Source of the DNA: Rebecca billardiae RCC1528
Taxonomy: Eukaryota > Protista > Haptophyta
Reading direction: 5' to 3'
DNA: 64,000 bases
Assembly: GCA_965240325.2 (NCBI GenBank)
Contig: OZ251223.1
Span: forward strand, 248,001-312,000
In this document: piece by piece, positions 12,695 to 31,851 of the stretch
How the letters are laid out: every line of letters begins with the position of its first letter
Numbering within the stretch: the stretch's first letter is position 1
Notes under the pieces: generated by a model
The model's input: only the letters and a program-made list of their open reading frames with translations
Told to the model about the DNA's origin: nothing
The model's database searches: none
Program-made: the position numbers and the translations under genes

Positions 12695-14043
12695 GCAAAA
12701 GCGCGGCGGAGCGCGTGTGCGAGCGGCCGCGGCCGCGCGCGCGCGGTGCGCTCCGTGTGGAGTGCACGCCGACTCACCTGCTGCTCGCTCGCGCGCGCGC
12801 CCACCGCGCGCCCGACCGGCCGCGCGTCCACTCTCTGCTCTGTCTGCTGCCCTGTCTGCCGCCCCGCGCGCGCTCGCCTCGTGCGCGGCTGGCCGGCTAC
12901 GCGCCTTTGTGTCCGCGCCTCCTGCCCCGCGCTCGCAGAGTCGTTCAAGTTCATCAAGGAGTCGCGCAAGAACTCGGACCTCGGGGCGGACCCGCTCGCG
13001 ATCGCCATTCGCAACGGGTGCGCGCCGTGCGCGCCGAGCGGGCGTCGCGCGCGGGAGTGACGCCCGCCTCGCGGGCGCGGCTTCAGCGCGCGCACCCTTG
13101 CTCACGCGCGCGCTGCGCGGCGCGTGCGCGCGCTCGCTCGCGCGTGACTGCGCCTGCAGCCTCGCGCGCCGCTTCAAGGCGCTCCGTGGCCTGGCGTACG
13201 GCGAGAGTGCCGTGGAGATCGCGCAGGAGCGCGCCGAGAAGGAGGACAAGATCGACACGATGGGCGGGCGCAGCTACGTCACGCGCGAAGGGCTGAGCAA
13301 GGTGCGCGCGCGCGCGCGCGCGCGCGCTTGCAGCCACCAGGCGTCCGCGCCCACCGCGGCACCTGGGCACACTGACGCTCGCGAGCGTTGCGCGCGCGCG
13401 TGACCCGCCGCAGGTGATCGCGTCGGAGGGCGGCGACAAGCTGACGGGGCTGCTCGGCATCGAGGGCGAGGACGATGTCGACGCGATCATGCGCATGTTC
13501 GACAAGGACAACGACGGCGAGCTCGACGCCGAGGAGTCGCAGATGCTGCTCGAGATGATCCAGAAAAGAGCGACACAGGCGGAGCAGCGCACGCGGCGCG
13601 AGGACGAGGAGGCCGCCGCGGTGGTGTGGCCGGAGGTGAAGCCGCCGCCGCCGCCGGACGTGATGTACGCCCAGATCGTCGGGCACTTCAACAAGTGGGG
13701 CACGCGGCCCAAGTACGTCCCCGGCGAGATCACGCTCGAGGACCGCGTGAGCACGCTCGCCACGCAGTCGTCCGCGCTCGCGACCGCGATCGCGCGGCAC
13801 AACACCGACACGGTCACGGCGATCGACGACCTGGACAACATGCTCAACTTCCTCGCGTCGCACTTCGAGTCGCAGAACGTGTCCTCGAACATCGTCGCCG
13901 CGATCAGCAGCGTCGACGTCACCAGGCCGTTCTCGCTCAGCGGCTCGGAGAGCGCGGGCGACCCGACGCTGCCCATGCTGCTCGACCGCACCGCGAGGCA
14001 ACGGCGCATCACCGGACCCGGCGGGCGCCGGCTCTCGTTGTGA
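7765..14043 (+). CDS. Myosin motor-IQ-polycystin-2(TRPP)-type channel-EF-hand fusion protein; predicted exons 7765-12625, 12939-13017, 13160-13301, 13414-14043 (~1903 aa)
   Basis: Myosin motifs: PHLYALAEEAY, P-loop GETGSGKTE (8194-8220), LEAFGNA, switch-1 NSSRFG, switch-2 DMPGFE (9241), LEQLCAN, FTVRHYA, LGKTKLW, IQAHARAARAR. Polycystin motifs: S1 REIVRYIIFLALF, LIGAVRVQQER, CYP, LKRGNWIDVQTR, FTLY, FPETGG, MKIFKYL, S6 FFIFINVFIAIV. EF loop DKDNDGELDAEE (13501-13536). Three GT-AG introns keep the frame. Confidence 0.9.
12640..12692. repeat. (GA)n microsatellite in intron 1 of the myosin-TRPP gene
   Basis: Directly visible; explains the spurious ERERER in the ORF track. Confidence 0.95.
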
Positions 14044-14314
14044 GAAGGATCCGTGCTGCTGTCTGCTACTGCTGGAACGCGCAGCAGCAGACTCATCAGG
14101 TCACGATGCGCGCACTATATTGCTGACGATGCTGACTGAAGCCATCATCATCCGCCTGATCCGGAGTGCTCGTGAGACTCCCGAGAGGCTACCAGGCTCA
14201 GACGTAAGACAGCCGCGTCTGAGTAACTAGCGGCAGCGCGCCTCGGGAAATCACAGCTGGCCTGCTCAATCGTCCGCCGGAAATCCGGTGCCGAGCTGGT
14301 CCTCTGCTGCTGGC

Positions 14315-14347
14315 TTTTCCCGCCTTCGACCGAGGCATTTTCCCGCC
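14315..14347 (+). promoter_or_regulatory. Two TTTTCCCGCC motifs (E2F-site-like) upstream of the Sel1-MYND gene
   Basis: Copies at 14315-14324 and 14338-14347, ~155-190 bp before the ATG. They match the TTTSSCGC consensus; function not shown. Confidence 0.25.
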
Positions 14348-14502
14348 TTGCTTTCGTTCGGGTCGCGGACGGTGGCAGGCGAGCGGTCGCGACTCTTGCT
14401 GACGAACTCGCGACGCTTGGCTAGCACGCTCACGGAGTCGCACTGGCCAACGGACTTCCTTCCCCCTCGACGAGACGAACCGCGACGCGCGCAGCAAGCA
14501 AG

Positions 14503-15864
14503 ATGAGCACGCCAGACCTCCTTCACAAGCTGGCGGCACGCGGGAACGCCGAGGCGCAGTACAGGCTTGCAGTTGAGCTCATGGCCTCGGACGAGCCGAT
14601 GGCCCGTGATCTCCCAGCGGCGGTCGAGTGGCTGCGCAAGGCGGCCGATGCCGGGCACGCGCCTGCCATGCGCGACCTCGGCATCTGCTACATGAACGGC
14701 AAAGTCGTCGCGTGCAACGGTTCGACTGCGCGCGAGTGGCTCGAACTCGCCGCAGACCGCAACGACACCAAGTCGATGATGCTTTTGTCTGGATTCTTCG
14801 CGGATGGCAGGAGCGAAGTGAGCGTGCCGAAGGATCTGCCTCGCGCCTTTGAGCTCATGAAGCGCGCTGCAGATCTGAACGTCCCCGAGGCGCAGCAGAT
14901 CTTGGGCAACTTCTACTATGAGGGAACGGGAGTCCTCCGCGACACCAAGCAAGCCGTGACGTGGTGGCGCCGCGCTGCCGAGCAAAGGCACGCGCCGGCG
15001 CAGTTCGAGCTTGGCGAGGCATATCGGCGGGGCGAGTGCGTCCCGCAAGACACGAAAGAGGCGATGCGGTGGTTCCGCCGCGCGGCCGCGCAGGGCCACA
15101 AGATGGCGAAGGCCCTGCTGACGAGCCACGGTGGCACGAGATACGGGGAGGCGCCTGACGCTGCCATCGAGGCAGAGGCCACGCGGGCCGCAGCCGAGCG
15201 CGGGTGCGCGAAGGAGCAGTGCAACCTCGCTGGCCACTACCTCTCCGGGAAGCACGGCCTGCCACAGGACCACGCACTGGCTGCGCACTGGCTGTCGAAG
15301 TCGGCCGACCAAGGCCACAAGGAGGCGATCATGCCGCTGGCCAAGCTGTACATGGACGGGCACGGCCCTGTCGACCTCGACACAGATGAGAAACGTGCGT
15401 GGGCCACAACCGTTCTCGTTGCGTGCGCTGCAAGTCTCGGTGACGGTCTGGCTGTCAAGTTCCTTTGGAACATGCGAAAAGGCGGAGATCACGATGCCTT
15501 CCTGCTGCAGTCCGTGCGCGAAGCAGCGACGCAGGGCGACGCGTGGGCGCAATGCAAGTTGGGCGAGGAGCTGCTGGCCACGGGCGCGGCTGCCGAGGCT
15601 GGCAAGTTCATCGCTGCGTCGGCGCGCCAGGGCTACGCCGATGCGCTTGCGCTGCTGAACTCGGACACGGTGGCGACGGAGCGTGCCATCGTCACCGCTG
15701 TTTGCGCTGGCTGCGGCAAGACCGAGGAGCAAGCCACGAAGATGTACGCGTGCAAGACGTGCAGCATCGCGCGCTTCTGCAGTCGCGCGTGCCAGAAGCG
15801 CGCGTGGAAGACATCGCACAAGGCGGCCTGCTCGGCATTCGTCAAGGCAGCAGCAGCGGAGTAG
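14503..15864 (+). CDS. Sel1-like repeat protein with C-terminal MYND zinc finger
   Basis: Sel1 repeats (e.g. AQFELGEAYRRGECVPQDTKEAMRWFRRAAAQG) and CAGC..CKTCSIARFCSRACQKRAWKTSHKAAC. Confidence 0.92.
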   Translation: MSTPDLLHKLAARGNAEAQYRLAVELMASDEPMARDLPAAVEWLRKAADAGHAPAMRDLGICYMNGKVVACNGSTAREWLELAADRNDTKSMMLLSGFFADGRSEVSVPKDLPRAFELMKRAADLNVPEAQQILGNFYYEGTGVLRDTKQAVTWWRRAAEQRHAPAQFELGEAYRRGECVPQDTKEAMRWFRRAAAQGHKMAKALLTSHGGTRYGEAPDAAIEAEATRAAAERGCAKEQCNLAGHYLSGKHGLPQDHALAAHWLSKSADQGHKEAIMPLAKLYMDGHGPVDLDTDEKRAWATTVLVACAASLGDGLAVKFLWNMRKGGDHDAFLLQSVREAATQGDAWAQCKLGEELLATGAAAEAGKFIAASARQGYADALALLNSDTVATERAIVTAVCAGCGKTEEQATKMYACKTCSIARFCSRACQKRAWKTSHKAACSAFVKAAAAE

Positions 15865-16503
15865 TTAGAGCAGTGCTAGGTTGGTAGCGCTAGCAGTGCC
15901 TAGTAGCGCTTCCGGCGCAGCTTCGTTCGCAGTGAATAGCAGTGATGATGACGATGATGATACGATCATACGATATTACGAACTTCGGATGACGAGCAGC
16001 TGTGATGCAGTGATGACTGATGTCACTTAAGAGTCCGAGTGAGAGCAGTCAATTCCAACGAGTTCCGGCGGTCGTCGTAATGCCAGTCAGTCACAGCGCT
16101 CGCCGGCTGACAGCAGTGATGCGGGCGCGCATGACTATCATCGTCATATCCATCTTAGCGCACGCAGCAGTCATCGCATCATCAGACATCAGCGAATGCA
16201 GCAGCAGCATTAATGCATCATTGGCATGACGACGCGAGCATCTCTTTCTCTCTCTCTCTCGCGTCTAGAGCTCGTGTCTCTCTCTCTACTGACTCTAGCT
16301 GCTGCTGACGCGACAAATCGCGCAGCGTCGTCAGCAGCAGCAGAAAGTACGTGAGCAGCAGTCGGCCGTGCGGCGCCTAGACAAGCTCAGCCTAGCAAAG
16401 TAGCCGAGTCTGTAGTATGTATGTAGCATCAGTCATCATCACCATTATCACGGGCGCGCGCAAGTGATGATGCCGCGCGTGTCATCATCATCGTCATCGA
16501 TGA

Positions 16504-16506
<3 letters not shown>

Positions 16507-16577
<71 letters not shown>
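16507..16577. repeat. (CT)n microsatellite
   Basis: Directly visible. Confidence 0.95.
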
Positions 16578-16581
<4 letters not shown>

Positions 16582-17605
16582 CTACCGTCCGTAGTACTAG
16601 TAGTGGCGACACCCTCGATGTAGTTCTAATGACGACGACGAGCGCAACAACATAGTAGCAGCACTTAGTATAGTCCGATGATGACGCACAACGTACACTT
16701 TCACCCGATGCTCCCCACCCCCGACTCCTCTACCGTATTATTGATGGCAAATACGGCAAAGTGTTCGCGCGCGCGATCTCCAATACACTGTATTCGTATG
16801 TAGGGGGCTGGCCTGAGTAGGGCTGGAGGCTTCGGCCGCCGGTCTGATCACCCGGAGCCCGTTATTATAAAGGGGAAATATTTTTTGGGAACTCGCGTTT
16901 ACTTTCATACAAACGGGCCTCATAGGAGCTCCTACAGATGTCTATCTCTGGCGGGTACCCACATTCAATTGTGAGGCTACGCCTCGTGAGCTGCGGGCCA
17001 ACGGGCTGTAAAAAGTTCGCCTTCTGCGAAATTGCCCTTCTGCGAAATTGCGCTGCGCGCGCCGTGAGCCGGCGAGAAGAACGAACAACCAACAATCCGA
17101 ACAGCCGAACAGACTGGAGACTCGGCGGCGAGTACGACGAGCTCTACGTAGTGACGTACGTACGTCATAGTCATAGACTGCTACTACTACCGAGTAGTTA
17201 CCGTTGCAGTCCGTTGCTGCTTTTCTCAGTCTACAGGTACTGCCGCCCGCAGACTGACTGATGTGGCTCAGGCCGCACTAAGTGACGAGAGCCGACTGCA
17301 GCCCGAGTGTCCCTGTGACTGTCACCGTTGTTTGTCCGAGCCCGAGGCGGGCGCATCGTGCACGAGCCGACGGCTATCTCCCTTCCTTGGTGGCCTTGGT
17401 GTCGCCGCAGCCCGCATGCTGCATCAGCAGGCTGTTCATGGCCGGGGCGCGCCCACGATTCCGGATTCGATGCCGCAGTCCGATGATGATTCGCCTGATC
17501 AGTCAATCCCGGAATGAAGGCATCATGGCGTCATCACTGGCACTGCTGAGTGCTGCATGAGGCTGAGCCATACTGGTAAGGCATGCTGATGAAATGACGA
17601 CGCGA

Positions 17606-17701
17606 CTACAGTTTACTATGATTTAACGTGCACACTTATATTGGTTAAGGCGTGATTGACGCCATCCAACACTGCACAAAGACACCGCCACAAAACAGAC
17701 C
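17606..17701 (-). mobile_element. 5'-truncated copy of a dispersed retroposon-like repeat ending ...GCACGTTAAATCATAGTAAACTGTAG
   Basis: Near-identical to 33763-33853 and, in the opposite orientation, to 56020-56070. All three share the same terminus. Confidence 0.7.
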
Positions 17702-17738
17702 ACAGTAGCAGCTTACATGCGCTATATATATATATATA

Positions 17739-26173
<8,435 letters not shown>

Positions 26174-26300
26174 TATATATATATATATGTGTATGTATGT
26201 ATGTATGTATGTATGTATGTATGTATGTATGTATGTATGTATGTATGTATGTATGTATGTATGTATGTATGTATGTATGTATGTATGTATGTATGTATAT
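26174..26300. repeat. (TA)n then (TATG)n microsatellite
   Basis: Directly visible. Confidence 0.95.
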
Positions 26301-26540
26301 GCCGATGACGCTATATGTAATCATCGTGAGCCGTGATCTGTCCTGCTCGATGTGCTGATGACAATATTATGACGCAGCCACTGAGCCCGCTGATCTGTGG
26401 CAATTTGCGTCGATCTGCTGTACGACACTGACTCGAGACTGATGATGACACCGCCTCACGACGGCTGTGGCTCACGCAGCGGCGCAGCGGGCGGCATGGC
26501 GCGGGAGCGCGCCGTCAGCGGCTTTCGATCGTCCCGACGA

Positions 26541-27377
26541 TCAGAGCTTTGCTCGTAGCCGCAGCACCCCCTCCTGCACCATGCTCGCCACGAGCACGCC
26601 GTCCGTGCTCCAGATGCGCCCGTGGACGAGCGCCCGATCGGCGCCCGCGACGTCGCTCCAGAGCTCGAAGAGGTGCCAACCGTCGGCGGCGATGACGGGC
26701 TCGTGGAAATGGATCGAGTGGTCTAGCGAGGTGATCATCTGCATCTCGTGCGTTGCCGTGTGCGGCCAGAACGCCGCCCAGAGGAACTGCAGGTCGCTCA
26801 GGAAGCCGATGGCTGCGGCATGCTCGGTTGGCGAGGTCGCGGCGCCCGCGTCCCACGCCACCCAGCAGAGCTGGCCGAGGCGGTCGACGCGGCGGATGCG
26901 CCAGCACACCTGGTCGACGCCACTGATCTTCGCCTCCTCCCACGCCTTCATTGCGCCCGGCTCGCACGTGCTCGGCGGCGGCACACTCGGCATGACTGGC
27001 GCGTGCAGCCGCTCGCCCGCCCACGCGCTGCCGCTGGGCGTTGGCGCCTGGAACCCAACGATCGCGGTCGCGATCAGCGTGTCGCTGCCGTCCTCGACGG
27101 CACTCACGGCGTACAGCTCGAAGGTCCTGCCCTCGCGCAGCGAGCGCACACGGTAGTGCGTTCGCACCATGTTGGAGGGCGCGACAAAGTGCACATGGAC
27201 GGCGTGCACGCGCTTGAAGCGCGAGACTTGGCTCGCCGCCATCATCGCGTGGGCAATAATCTGCCCGCCAAACGCACGCTCCGAGCTACGCCACCACCCG
27301 TTCGGCGGCGTGGAGAATGCGACTCCATCCTCCTTCGGGATGAGTCTCAGGAATGCGTGTCCTGCATCCGCCGCCAT
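26541..27377 (-). CDS. Acyl-CoA thioesterase II (TesB/ACOT8-like, double hot-dog fold)
   Basis: FGGQIIAHA, VHVHF, REGRTF, FLSD, SLDHSIHFH, DGVLVASMVQEG. Confidence 0.9.
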   Translation of the reverse strand: MAADAGHAFLRLIPKEDGVAFSTPPNGWWRSSERAFGGQIIAHAMMAASQVSRFKRVHAVHVHFVAPSNMVRTHYRVRSLREGRTFELYAVSAVEDGSDTLIATAIVGFQAPTPSGSAWAGERLHAPVMPSVPPPSTCEPGAMKAWEEAKISGVDQVCWRIRRVDRLGQLCWVAWDAGAATSPTEHAAAIGFLSDLQFLWAAFWPHTATHEMQMITSLDHSIHFHEPVIAADGWHLFELWSDVAGADRALVHGRIWSTDGVLVASMVQEGVLRLRAKL

Positions 27378-27750
27378 CGTGGCGATGCGTCCTCTCCTCC
27401 CCTATGCTGGCTTCCGCTGGGCTGATGCGGTGCAGTGCCCTCTGCGCGCTACTGCTTGCCACGATGGCGGCGGTCATCCGCGATGGTGTGAAAGGATCAC
27501 ATGATGAATGAGTCGCATCGGCTCCCGACGGCGCTACCGCGATGCACTCAGACGGATGCACTCAGTCGGATGGCACACAGGCGAGCTCGACGAGGCGCTC
27601 CGCGAGCGCGATGCCGCGAGCGCGATGCCGCGCGCACTTGTGACCACACTGACGGTCATGGCTGGTGAGGTGACGACATGCGGGCAGATCTTGAAGACGG
27701 CGTGATTGGCCATGGCAGCGCGCTCCCAACGCGCGAGGACGGGCGTTGGC

Positions 27751-30700
27751 TCACGCGCGCGCGGGCGCCGTGCCAGCGCCGCCACTCGCGATAGCGATGC
27801 GCTTCGTGGCGAGCTTCTGGAACTCGGAGCGGTGGCTGATGGCGAGCACCTGCGTGCGCTGCGCGATGCGCGCCATCAGACGCGCGACCACCTCCGTGTT
27901 GCGCTCGTCGAGCGCGGCGTCGAGCTCGTCCATCACGAGCAGGCTCGCCGGGTTGCGCAGCGAGCAGCTCACGAGGAGCGCCACGCTCAGCAGCGTGCGC
28001 TGCCCGCCCGAGAGCTCGCGCAGCTCTGAGCTCCACGCGAACGCGTCGGGCTCGGGGCCCGGCGGGCGCGCCGGCCGCACGGCGACGCGCAGCTCGTGCT
28101 GCAGGGCCGGCGCGTCGCGCGCGGCGGCGGCGGAGGCCGCTGCTGCCTTGGGCTTGGCCGCCTCCTCGACGATGGTCGCCCGCTTCGACGGCACGAGCTC
28201 CTCGTAGATGGCGCCGAGCGAACGGCGCACGTCGTCGAGCGTCGCGTCGACCACGTTGCGCGAGCATCGGTCCACGTCGCTGATGCCGGTGCGGAGGGTC
28301 TCGATGGAGTGCTCGATCGCGAGGCGCTTCTCGTCGAAGCGGCCGAGCTCGGCACGCGCCTCGTCCAGCCCCGCCGCCTGCGCGAGCACCGTCGGCTCGT
28401 CCACGTGCGCCGCGCGCTCGTCCAGCTCGCGCAGCTCTGCGCGGCAGCCATCCGCCAGAGTCTGAATCTCAGCCTCGAGCGCGCGCCACCGCTCGCCGCC
28501 GCCGCCGGCAGCGGGCGCGCGCTGCTCGTGGCCCTCGTCGGCGGCGCCCGCGTCGCCGGTGATCGGCCTCGCTCGTGCTGGTGCGCGGACGTCCGATGCG
28601 CCGCCATCGTCGCCGAGCAGCAGCGCCTCCGCGCGAGCGACCACAGCACCGGCCGCGGCAGGCTGAGCGGCGCTGGCGCGCACTGCATCGAGGAGCTCGC
28701 GCGCGCTCGGGGCAGCGGCGCGCGGCGCGCCATCGGCGGGCGCGTCACGTGCGGGCGCGTCGGTAGCGTCGTCGTCGCCCGCCGTGTCGGCCGGCGCACG
28801 CGCGCGCAGCTCGCGCAGCTCAGCCTGCAGCTGGTGCGAGCGCGCGCGCGCCTCACTCCGCTCCTGCTCAAGCGACACACGTGCGGCGCGCGCCTCGCGC
28901 AGCCGAGCGGCCGCGGCGCCGGCGGCCTCGCGCTCCTCGCGGTGCTTGGCGTGCAGCTCGTGGAGCGCCGCGTCGGCCTCGCGCATGCGCGCGTGCTCCG
29001 CCGCCTCCGCCGCGTCGCACTGCCCGATGCTCCACTCGAGGTGCTCGCAGTGCGCGCGCAGCAGCTCGGCCTGGCCGTGCGCGCTCAGGTCTGTGCGCTC
29101 CGCGCGCTCGAGCTGCGCGCCCAGCGCCTCGCGACGCTGCGCGCACGCGGCGCGCAGCCGCGCGGTCGCGCTCTGCATGGCGCTCGCGGGGCCCTGCGCC
29201 ACCGCCGCCGAGGCGCGCTCGAGCACCTCCAGCGAGCCGCTCGCCACCTCGAGCTGCAAGGCGGCGACCGCCTCGGCGGCGCGGCACGCCACCAGCTTGT
29301 CAGACTCAAAGGCGACGCGCGCCGCGCTCGCCGCGACGCACTCGTCGGCGGTGGCGAGTGTGGCCTCGAGCGAGCGCACGTGCTCGCGGCGCTCGTGCGA
29401 CTGCCGTGCGCGCGCGAGCTCGGCCTCGCTCGCCGCGAGCTGCGCACGCGCCTGCGCGAGCTCGCGCTCGGCGCGGCGCTGCGCGCGCTTGCTCTCGAGT
29501 GGCAGACTGACAGCTGAGCCGTGCGCGGCTGGCGCGCGGTAGCCGCCGCTGACCTGGTGCGCGCGGTGCCGCGTGCCGTCGCGCGTGATGCACTCGTCCA
29601 CGCACGGCCGGCCGCCGTCGCCACGCGCCTGCGCCGCGCTCGCCGCCGCCGCGAGCACGCGCTGCGCCGTCGCGCCGTCTCGCACGAGCGCGGTGCGGCC
29701 CACGGCCATCCCTAGGGCTGCGGCGTGCTCGCCCGCGCACTCGAGAAGGTCGAGCGGGCACGCGGCGTCCGAGGTCGCGCGCGCGCGCGCGAGGACCGCG
29801 CGCTGCGCGCGTACGAGCGCCTGCGCGTCGAAGCGCGCGAGCCGATCCGTCGGCCAGATGCGGACGGGTGCCGCGCCGCGGCGGCGGTTGGCTGCGACGA
29901 GCAGTCGCTGCGCATGCGCGGACGTGCTCACGAGAAGCACGGGGTAGCTCGGGCGGAGCAGCTCGTCGAGGGCGCCCGCCCAGCCCGCGTCGGCGCTCTC
30001 GGCCATCGTGAGCACCGTGAGCAGGCGCGGTACGCCCGGCGCGGAGCTCGCGTCCACACCCGCCCCGGCTGCGGCGGCTCCGGACTCGGCCCCCGCCGCG
30101 CCCGGCGCCGCCGCGTGCGCCGCTCGATCGAGCGGGTGCAAGGCGGCGAGCGCGCGCGAGTGCGTGTGCTCGAGGACGGTCGCGCGGGCGCGCAGCTCCG
30201 CGTGCGAGCGCTCGAGCGTCGCAAGCGTCTCGCTCGTCGCATCCTCGCCTGGTGCGCCGCCGCTCGCGGCGGTGCAGCCGGCGCTGCCGTGGGGCCCGGC
30301 CGGCGCGCGCGCGTCAGGTCCCTGCGCCTGCGCGCGGAGCTTGCACAGCCGCGCGCGGAGGCGGGCTGCCTGGTCGTGCGCATCGGCGAGGGCCTGGCTG
30401 GCGTGCGCGTGCTGCGCGCTCGCTCGCGCCGCGCCCTGCCGCGCCTCCTCGCGCGTCGCCTTCTCCCGCTTCGCCTGCTGCGAGAGGCTGCTGGCCTCTC
30501 CCGCGAGCGCGCGCGCCGCGCATGCGCCCTCTGCGCACGCGCCGATGGCTAGCCAGCGCTGCTCGAGCTCGGCCTCGAGCTCGTCGAGCGCGAGCTGCTG
30601 GCGCTGCAGGGACGCGACCATCGCCATGTGCTGTGCGGCCAGCTCCTCGGCGTCCGCGTTCTGCGTGCGCGCCTCCGCGAGCTGGCGGCGCGCGCGCGCG

Positions 30701-31510
30701 CCCTCGGCGCTCGCGAGCGTGAGCGCGCACGCTTGCGACTCGGCCGTTGTCGCGAGCTGCTCGAGCGCCTCGCGGCGGTCGTCGAGCGCCTGGGCGGCCT
30801 CGCTGTGCGAGGTGACGAGCGCTGCGAGCTCGCGCTCGGACGCGCCGAGCTCCGTCGCCAGCGCGCGCAGCCGCGCGTCGATCGACTCCGCCTCGGCGCT
30901 GCCAGCGGCGCGGCGCGACTCGATTCGGGCGCGCTCCGCCCCCTGGCGGCGCGCCCGAGTGCATGCGACGAGCTGGCCGAGCGTGCCGACGAGCTCGCGG
31001 CAGTCCGTGCGCCGGCCAACGAGCTCGCGCAGTGCCTCGACGCGCGCGAGCTCGCCCCGAAGGTACGCGATGTCCTCGTTGATCTTGTGCAGCTTCTTCG
31101 ACTCGGTCTCGAGCCGGCCGACCGCGTCGGTGCGCGCTGAGAGGTAGGTGGCGCAGCCGGCGGCCTGGACGATGAGCGGGCGCACGTTGCGTGCGTCGAC
31201 GGCGCTCGCGACGGCGGCCTGTCGGATGCAGTACAGCGCCTCGTCGGACACGAGCTGCTGCCGCTTGAGCCAGGCGCGCACGTCCTTGACCGTCGCCGGC
31301 TGCCCATCGAGCCGCCGCTCGCTCCGACCGGTCTTGAGCTCGACGGCGATCTCGTGCGCTCGAGCGCCGTCGCCTCCGACGACGCGGATGCGGGCGACCA
31401 CCGCGCACCGCGCGTCGCCGTCCGCGCCGTTCGAGCTCGTACGCAGCTCGTCGAGCCGCGCCGCGCGGAGCTTGGTCACGTCCTCGCCGAACGCCCAGAG
31501 CAGCGCGTCG

Positions 31511-31543
<33 letters not shown>

Positions 31544-31638
31544 TGGAGCACGCAGAGGCCGCGGTCGAAGTGGATCGTCTGCGAGCGCGCGTATGACTTG
31601 AAGCCCGTGATCGTGAGCGATTCGAGCCAGCTCGCCAT
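27751..31638 (-). CDS. Divergent SMC-family ABC-ATPase (SMC2-like), ~1295 aa
   Basis: GFKSY, Walker A GPNGCGKSN, LRAARLDEL, coiled coils, hinge-like CITRDG...VSGG, signature LSGGQR, Walker B/D-loop VMDELDAALD, ISHR. Confidence 0.88.
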
Positions 31639-31851
31639 CGCGCACGGCGGGCGCGTTGGCGGCGGCGGCAGCGGCAGCGGCAGCCAGCTACAGCGCTCGC
31701 AGGCGTGGGCGCTCAGTGCCGACCAACGGCAGCTCTGGGCAGCGCAATCATTGCCCAAACCATGACGCCCAGTCCGATTTCTGCCCGGCCGGGGCGGAGC
31801 CAGGATCGCATCAACGAGCGAGCGTGGCGGACGTGAACACAATGCCGACGC

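Noticed and set aside
7864-13095. 1743-aa antisense ORF and the many other long Arg/Ala-rich overlapping ORFs in the track
   Set aside because: Shadow frames of GC3-rich genes, where stops are rare. No motifs recognised.
12626-13296. C-terminus of the 1843-aa ORF (ARERERER...)
   Set aside because: Read-through into an intron containing (GA)n. Splicing restores a PKD2-like post-S6 sequence.
31639-31842. N-terminal extensions given in the ORF track for SMC (also FNT 38268-38384 and the 59325 start)
   Set aside because: They mostly rely on GTG/TTG starts. Downstream ATGs match the expected family N-termini or targeting leaders.
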